A DNA stretch of 64,000 nucleotides from contig MU053934.1 in NCBI GenBank assembly GCA_013239625.1, positions 3,738,399 to 3,802,398 of the forward strand, read 5' to 3'. Within the stretch, counting starts at the first letter, position 1. Each line of letters opens with the position of its first letter. A program made the translations under genes and the position numbers. The notes below the pieces were generated by a model that was not told where the DNA came from, made no database searches, and saw only the letters and a program-made list of their open reading frames with translations. The stretch is from Lama guanicoe. Its lineage: Eukaryota. This document shows positions 58,101 through 64,000 of the stretch, piece by piece.

Positions 58101-61100
58101 TGGTCTTGAAATACCACTTTCCACTAAAAACAAAAAATTAAAAACAGAGTTTCGTGGAGAGATGGCTGATTCCACGTATAGAGTGCAAAAGTGCCAGAAG
58201 AGGTCAGGACACTTTGTCAGGCTCGATAACAAGGAAGCTGTCAAAACCATGAGAGTTACGCCAAAAGGACTCACGTGCCGGACTGAAGAGGCTTCTACTG
58301 ATCAAAGAGGGGACATTTTCAACTTCAGTAAAATGATTGTAAATGAGCAAAACACATCAAATACGTTTAAATCTATGATACTAAAAATATTACAATGATG
58401 GTGCTAGTGAAAAATAAAGCTAATTAATTGGTCACCTTCAGAAGATGACGGGGAGCAAATTCATGGTCTTGAAAGCTGACAAAGGAGGGAACAAGCCTTT
58501 ATCCTGACTTTCCCATTTTGCTGCTGGATTTCAAACACACCTAAGGAGAAGCATCTCCAGATAGAAATAGTCCAGTTAATAAATGAGAGCAGCATCTTGT
58601 AGCTCCCACGTGTGAAGGGGTGTGGACACACAGCCTCTATTGCTGTCACTATCACATGGCAGCAGATGTGACGTGCCTCCCGATGGAAGAAGCCGGCACC
58701 TCCTCTAGTCTTGCCAAAGGGATGGAACCTGAGTTGATCAAGCCTCTGGGTCCAGAGGACAGAGGAACAAGCTGAGCTGTACCAGGAGTGTTGGGAAAAC
58801 TAACCAGTCAGAAGGCCCCTGGGTCCTCAACGGATAAGTTGTAAGGAAAGGAAAGGGATGGAGAGGGGACCAGTAGATTAAAAGAGACCCAAAGACATTT
58901 AAAAAGAGAGAGAGAGAGCAAGACAAAGTCTAGTGTCTAAGGTCGTACAACTGGGTGATCAATGACAAAGAAACACAAGGCAGTGTTGGACCAGTGGTTA
59001 CTTTTGGAGGGAGGGAGGGAGGGGCTGGGATTTGATGGGGCCACAGGGGAGGGGGGAGGTTCGGGGGAGGCCAGCAACGTTCTTGACCTGGGTGGGAGTT
59101 TCAAAGGTGGTTTGTCTTAATGATTCATTAAGCGCTAATTTGTTCAATGAGATTTTCTGTGCCTATGTTTTCATTTAGAATAATTTTTTTTTAAACCAAA
59201 CTTGAGCCCAATCCTGTCATTCCTGTGCTCAGCACACTCAGAGGCATGGCTGGAGTCCCGACAATGCTCACACAACTGGCCCCAGTTAGTGGCTGATCAT
59301 CTCCACATTCACCGTTGCTGCCTGGACTCTGGCCATGTGGGCCTCCTCGAGCCTACCCACATGCTGTTCCCTCGGCCCAGAACACTCTTCCCGAAGATGG
59401 CTCCCTACTTGTTCCCCCACCTCCTTCAGGCCTCTCCTCAATGTCACCTTTTAATGTTTTATGTTAAATATCTGTTAAAAATTGCATCCCTCCAGGGCTT
59501 TCTATCCCCCTTCCCCATTCTGTTTTTCTCCATTGCATGTTTTGCATCTACCTGTCACATATATATTCACTTATTTGTCTTGGGTTTTGTCTGATTCCCC
59601 CTTGAGGAGAGCAGGGGGGTCTGTCTGCTGCATCCCCAGTGCTGACAGCAGTACTGCCACATGACAGTACATAGCTGTGGGATGAATGAGCCCAAGGGGG
59701 AGGCAGCCTCTGGCGTGTTCTGTCCAGTACAGCTCTGCGCGAGGGCCCTGCCCTCGTGTCACGGCCAAGACACCAGTACCCAGACAGGGCAGCTCTCCTT
59801 ACAGAGTGGGCCTGGGTGATACTCGTCCCTGTCCAGCCCAGGTGTGGCACAAGTGACATGGCGAGCCACCAAACACAAGGAGAGGAAGTCACAAGCTGCC
59901 AGCATGAGCCAAGCTCCATCACCACCCTCCCCGCCCGAGCCCCAGCAGGTGGCGTGGGCTTAGCGCTTTGCCTCAAAGTGTCCGGGACACATGCCCAGGG
60001 CCATGGTTTGTCCTATGGTGTGTAGGTGGATGTACATTTCCTGCTGGTGAAATTGTTCCTCATTTCTACATAGTAACCAAACAGAAAAGTATTTTACGAT
60101 GTCCTCAAAGAACACCCAGACTTCCAGGGGTTTCCCACATTTGAGGACCATGCACTGTCATGATAGTTGCAATTTCCTTCAGAACCTCCCGATGCCCCTC
60201 ACGCCCGGCCCCGCCCGCCTGCCCCTCTCCGCCCAGCTCCGGGGCCCTGACTCACTTCTCCCTGATGCCAACCTCGCTGTGAAAGTGCTCAGCCCATGGA
60301 CCCTCCCAGAACGCCCTCTCGTCTTCTCTCCCTCCGGCCAAATCCCGCTTCCTTTTCAAAGCTTATTCTTTCCTTCCACGGTCAGTGAAGCCCTGCTCAG
60401 TGCCAGGTCTCTGTCCCAGGCCCTGGAGCCACAAAGAGAAGACCACAGCTTGCACGGCTCCCTCTTGGTAAGGATAGAGACAGGAGGTAGATTTTACTTC
60501 TAATTATCAAAGCTGAGGTACTAGAGGGTCATGGGTGCCAGGGTTAACAGTTTATACTTATTAATCTTCGTTATTCTGGTTATCTCCATTTCACAGACAG
60601 ATAAACTGAGGCACAGAGAGGTTAAGTAGCTTGTCCAAGGTCACAAAGCCAATAACTAGTGGAGCTGGGCTTTGACCTCAGGTGCTCTGGCTGCAGAGCT
60701 CGTTTCCTTCACCATCACTGGCTAAGAACGGATAGAAGCATCTGTTGGAGTCCAGAGGGAAGAGAGACTGAACTTGCCCAGAGGTCAGGGGAGGCTTCCG
60801 GGAGGAGGGCGACTCTGCTGGCCGGCAGGAATAGGGGTGGGGGTGCCCTAGGCTGGGAGAACAGCATGACAACAGCCCAGTGGTGGGAACACCAGGCTGT
60901 ATCAGCAGAGGCCAGCTCTTCAAGTTCGGATCACTGGCTGCTCCCTGGGCGAGTGGAGGGAGGGGCTAGGGAGGCAGGTAGGGGGCAGGCGCCTGGGCCT
61001 GATGTACCTGGGTGACAGTCCTTCCTCTTCCCACCTCCTCCACTCACTCTGGAGTCTTGGGCGAGTGACTAGATCCCTAAGTCTCAGTTTCTTGCTGTCA

Positions 61101-62990
61101 AATGGAGACGGGGAAGGCACCTGCTTCCCAGGTTCCTGGAGCTTGAACAAGATGCGCAGGTAAATATGCGCAGCAGAGCCTGGCCTGGCAGGTGCCCAGA
61201 AGGGCAGCCTCTGTTGTCAGGTTGGAAAGCAGCCCACTCTCCCTGGTGACCCCTCTAGGATGTGGGTTCTGAGACTCACCACCACCTCTAGGTCAGAGTT
61301 CAAGTGCCGCTGGGTGTCGGACATCTGCACCAAAATCTCACCTGGAGGCATGGAGAGAAGTGGCTTCAGTGGGGGGCCCGCCCTGCTCGCCCTCTTCCCG
61401 CCAAAAGCTGCCAGAGGGCCTGCCCGGGGCTGGATTTGGGGACCAAAGTCCAAGGATTTCCTCTATGGCTCTGGGTCTCTGGTGGTACCTGTCCCAGTCC
61501 CGGAGAAGTCCTAAGGGGTGTAATGGGAAGAGGCATGGGCTCCAGAATGGGAGTCTGGGCTCTGCGCTCCGGCCTACAAGGCTTGTGTCTTTGGGAAGGA
61601 CTTCCTGGAAGGACTGGATGTGAAAGGAACCCCCTCTAGGACCTGAGAATGGGAGGCGGTGCAGGCCCTGGGCCTAAGGGGAGGCATCAGGGAGGCAGAT
61701 AGAGGATTCCGGAGCCTGGACGAGAGGAGGCCTGGGGTGGAGGCAGGGCTAGGAGGAGGTCCCCCAGACCCAAGAAGTTGGGAGAGATGTAGGGGAGGGG
61801 GCATGACTCACCCAGAATCTGCGAGGTGGAGCTCTGCAGGGCCTGCTCCCCGATCTTCTGGATGGCATTGAAGTACACTTCAGCTGCCTCGGACAGAGCT
61901 GCGCAGAGAGAGGGATGGTTCCAACCCCTGCCCCCCACCTCCATGTGCCCCCATCCTCCTGGAGGCCTCTCCTGCCATCAGGAGAGAGTGTGGAGGGGAC
62001 AGTGTGGGCTCTGGCACAGGTGTGTGTGAGAGGGAGGGGTGCCCTGGGTGGTGTGTGTGGATGCGTGCCATTGCCAGAGGAGAAAGGGGGTGTAGAAGAC
62101 AAGTGGACTCTCACTGCGGATGCAGGGCCGAGGGGCAGCTGCACCCAGCACACGGCCTGGCGCTGAGCGGGACCTCGGCATGTGCCTGTCATGGCTGGGG
62201 GTGCAGGCTTCTGTGTGCCCATAAGGAGGGCATGGGCGGGTGTGTCGTGAGGCCCAGGGGAAGAGACACGATGTGGGGGTGGGGGTGGGGGTGGTGTGGG
62301 CTCAGGTCGATGTAGAGAGAGGATGTGGGGGTGGGGGTGGGGGTGGTGTGGGCTCAGGTCGCTGGTGTGAGGACTTTGACTCTGAAGTCCTAAAAGGCAG
62401 GGAGGGATTGGGTGACACAGCTCAGGGTGTGTCCCTGGCTTGTCCATCCCGCAGAGGACTCATAACCCTTTGCTGATTAGCGCTGATTGGGCAGGTGGGG
62501 TGGGGGTTGTTGGGAGCTGGGGGGATGGTAGCTGTTTGCACAGGCGCTGAGCGAGTAATGAGGCTTGACTGTAGGTGTGTGACTGTAGGTGTGGGGGGCA
62601 GGTCAGGGTGTAGGGGTGGGGTGCAGAGGTGGCCTGGGTATGGCAATGGGCTCACTGGGCAGCATCGGGGTAACATCTGCAGTGTGTGCACCTGGGGTTT
62701 CATGGGCCTGCAGGGCCCAGTGCTGCATCTCTGAGAGCACCCGGGGGTGCAGCTGAAGGTATGTGAGGGGTCTCTGGCCAGAGCGTGAGGGTGAAGGTGG
62801 TGGGTGGGAGTGTGTAGGGGCGAGGATGAGTGGAGTGTCTGGTGTGGGGTCCAGAGACTATGGGTAGGGGGCACCAGGGGGGCTGCATGGGGTTGAGGGG
62901 GGCCGGGAACTCACCATGGAAGGCCCGGAGGTAGTTGTTCCCCAGGTACACCAGGTTCTCCAGGGCGGGGTTAAACTGCTCCATGATGCT
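42876..62990 (-). CDS. BAIAP2L2: BAIAP2L2 / Pinkbar (I-BAR, SH3, WH2-like C-terminus); coding exons 2-14, 5'-partial
   Basis: Join(-) 62990-62915, 61898-61812, 61341-61280, 53997-53926, 53702-53586, 52747-52601, 47590-47438, 47104-46966, 46819-46597, 44362-44213, 43882-43675, 43194-43151, 42951-42876. In frame: [25 protein letters not shown]...[24 protein letters not shown]. Confidence 0.97.
43151..43194 (-). CDS. BAIAP2L2: BAIAP2L2 exon 13
   Basis: [15 protein letters not shown]; ctgcag| and |gtaagt. Confidence 0.93.
43675..43882 (-). CDS. BAIAP2L2: BAIAP2L2 exon 12
   Basis: [19 protein letters not shown]...[12 protein letters not shown]; |gtgagt. Confidence 0.95.
44213..44362 (-). CDS. 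BAIAP2L2: BAIAP2L2 exon 11 (SH3 end + coding minisatellite)
   Basis: [50 protein letters not shown]; |gtaccg. Confidence 0.95.
44228..44317. repeat. Coding minisatellite, 10 x 9 bp with a 27-bp higher-order duplication
   Basis: Units ttcataggg ctcatggga ttcatggag gtcaccggg ttcaagggg ttcatggag gtcacaggg ttcaagggg ttcatggaa ttcatgggc. Confidence 0.92.
45450..45910. repeat. Degenerate (CCAT/CCAC)n low-complexity tract
   Basis: Repeated ccatcc/cacc motifs in BAIAP2L2 intron 10. Confidence 0.75.
46597..46819 (-). CDS. BAIAP2L2: BAIAP2L2 exon 10 (SH3, N-terminal part)
   Basis: [74 protein letters not shown]; |gtgagt. Confidence 0.95.
46966..47104 (-). CDS. BAIAP2L2: BAIAP2L2 exon 9
   Basis: [46 protein letters not shown]; |gtgagt. 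Confidence 0.94.
47365..47425. repeat. 18-bp GC-rich minisatellite, ~3.4 copies
   Basis: GGGGCGCGAACGGCGGCG x2, GGGGCACGAACGGCGGCG, then GGGGCGC. Confidence 0.92.
47438..47590 (-). CDS. BAIAP2L2: BAIAP2L2 exon 8
   Basis: [32 protein letters not shown]...LTPTRLDM; |gtgagg. Confidence 0.95.
48380..48710 (+). mobile_element. LTR fragment (ERV1, MER39/MER34-like; family tentative)
   Basis: LTR-like text (GACTGCCCTCACAGGGCTAGATAATTTCCTAGAGATAG...CCAGACAACTAGAGAC), recognised from memory. Confidence 0.55.
48711..49485 (+). mobile_element. L1MB-like 3' end
   Basis: ATCAGGGAAATCAAATCAAAA...AACAAGTGTTGGCAAGGATGTAGAGAAA...GAATTATATCTCAATAAAACTG. Confidence 0.85.
50075..50165 (+). mobile_element. tRNA-Ala-derived SINE (Vic-1 type)
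   Basis: A box TAGCTCAGTGG, B-box-like GGTTCAATACC, A-rich tail. Confidence 0.88.
50641..50910 (+). mobile_element. 5'-truncated L1 3' end (cetartiodactyl type) with TSD
   Basis: ...AACAAGGACCTACTGTATAGCACAGGGAACTATATTCA...TGTAAATCAACTACACTTCAAT plus poly(A); TSD GAAAACAGTAGCAAG 50626-50640 / GAAAACAGTGGTAAG 50911-50925. Confidence 0.88.
51397..51800 (+). mobile_element. Probable solo LTR
   Basis: Starts TGTAGG, CCAAT boxes (GCCAATCAG, GCCAATGAG), LTR-like 3' part; ~400 bp. Confidence 0.5.
52601..52747 (-). CDS. BAIAP2L2: BAIAP2L2 exon 7
   Basis: [49 protein letters not shown]; |gtgagc. Confidence 0.96.
53586..53702 (-). CDS. BAIAP2L2: BAIAP2L2 exon 6
   Basis: [39 protein letters not shown]; acceptor ccaag|, donor |gtgcag. 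Confidence 0.95.
53926..53997 (-). CDS. BAIAP2L2: BAIAP2L2 exon 5
   Basis: [24 protein letters not shown]; |gtgagt. Confidence 0.96.
55049..55195 (+). mobile_element. tRNA-Ala-derived SINE (Vic-1 type) with A34 tail
   Basis: GGGGAGGGTGTAGCTCAGTGGTAGAGCG...GGTTCAATCCCCAGGACCTCC; uninterrupted A run 55150-55183. Confidence 0.9.
56398..56544 (+). mobile_element. tRNA-Ala-derived SINE (Vic-1 type) with 17-bp target-site duplication
   Basis: TSD AAGTTGATGCTTGAAGA at 56381-56397 and 56545-56561. Confidence 0.93.
57400..59190 (+). mobile_element. Degraded L1M (MC/MD-like) fragments in BAIAP2L2 intron 4
   Basis: A-rich, with L1M 3'UTR motifs (ACTCAGTAGCCATGGACACTCCTAGTGCCCAGAT; CTTGACCTGGGTGG). 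Boundaries approximate. Confidence 0.6.
61280..61341 (-). CDS. BAIAP2L2: BAIAP2L2 exon 4
   Basis: [21 protein letters not shown]; |gtgagt. Confidence 0.96.
61812..61898 (-). CDS. BAIAP2L2: BAIAP2L2 exon 3
   Basis: [29 protein letters not shown]; |gtgagt. Confidence 0.96.
62270..62361. repeat. Exact 40-bp direct duplication of a G-run unit
   Basis: GATGTGGGGGTGGGGGTGGGGGTGGTGTGGGCTCAGGTCG at 62270-62309 and 62322-62361. Confidence 0.9.
62915..62990 (-). CDS. BAIAP2L2: BAIAP2L2 exon 2
   Basis: [25 protein letters not shown]; |gtgagt. Confidence 0.96.
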
Positions 62991-64000
62991 CTGAAGCCAG
63001 AAGGCAAGGGGACAGAAGGGGGAGATTGGGAGAAGAAGAAGGAATGATGGGCAGAGGCAAGTCCCTGGGCCTTAGGAGCAGCCCCAGTGAGACACCTAGA
63101 AACCTGGAGTCACCCAGAAGCCTGGCTCTCCGCTGCAAGGGCCTCAGAGGCCCAGATCCAGGCCAGGGCCCCCTTGGCCTGCTCCCGCTCACCACCTGCC
63201 CAGGGGGAACTTGCTCCTGGCAGGTTCTCCTCCCACTGGCTGAAGCCTGCGGTCTTTCACAGGGCCTGGCTACATGTGGCTCAACCCAGCCCTGAGTCCA
63301 GGTCTCACCAGGCTGGACATGTGGGCTGCAGACAGTCACCTCAGAGGCAAGGACAGATCTTTCCCTCCTCAAAGAAGAGTCCCTTGGGAGCAAGGCTGTG
63401 GCTGGGTCCCTTAGGCTGCCCCAGCCCATGGCCAGTGGGAGAGAACCCTGGGTACTCGGGTCTCGATTTAAACTCCAGCAGCCTCACTTCCTCCCTTGGT
63501 GACTTTGAACAACTCCTGGCCTCAGTTTTCCCATCTATCAAGTGGGGTGATTATTTTTGGGGGGTGATTATTTTCTACCCCACAGGTAGGGTGTCGTGAG
63601 GTTTACATATGAAAGGGCCCTACACACAGGAGGTGCTCAATAAATGTCTATGGAGACTGCCGCAGCCCCTCCGGAGTGAGGTAGGAAGTTTGCATGAGGG
63701 GCTCAGAAACCAGAGAGAGACAGAGAAACAGAGACAGGGAGACAGAGAGAAAGAGACAAAGAGACAGAAACTCCCCACTCCCGGGCCAGGTGGCTCCTCA
63801 GGCCCCCTGCTCCCAGCTGAGGCCACCTTGGGCCCTGCCCTGCTCTGTCCAGTGTTTGGGAGTTGGGGGCTCCTGTTGAAGTGCTGTCTCAGCAGGCCGG
63901 TCACTCACTGGATGGACCCCTGCTCTGGGAGCCTCAGGTTAGGGCTGGAGTGACTGACGGCCCCAGGGATCCCCACCGCCAAGCCCACAGCTCAGCCCAG

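Overview
Mammalian genomic DNA, GC-rich and repeat-rich, most likely from a camelid: it has four tRNA-Ala-derived Vic-1-type SINEs and I saw no Alu, Bov-tA, PRE-1 or SINEC elements. It is the conserved (SOX10)-PICK1-SLC16A8-BAIAP2L2 block. PICK1 is complete on + (12 coding exons, 18488-34892, 417 aa). SLC16A8/MCT3 is complete on - (4 coding exons, 40413-36729, 502 aa). BAIAP2L2/Pinkbar coding exons 2-14 are on - (62990-42876); its first coding exon lies beyond the window. All exons were read by hand, have GT-AG boundaries and join in frame. The first ~17 kb has no recognisable gene, is rich in L1/L2/MIR fragments and carries candidate SOX10 distal enhancers. I found no evidence of a wholly new biological system, and almost all ORFs in the track are GC-rich noise. 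The best second-look items are: a nested 3'UTR retrocopy of an unidentified mRNA (~6.6-7.0 kb); SoxE/AP-2 enhancer grammar (~3.6 and ~10 kb); CTCF motifs inside an SLC16A8 exon and abutting one of its splice donors; a TATAAAT/MEF2 cluster in PICK1 intron 6; coding and intronic minisatellites in BAIAP2L2; and a SINE copy with a possible Pol III terminator. Repeat family names and comparisons with human are from memory and need RepeatMasker/BLAST confirmation.
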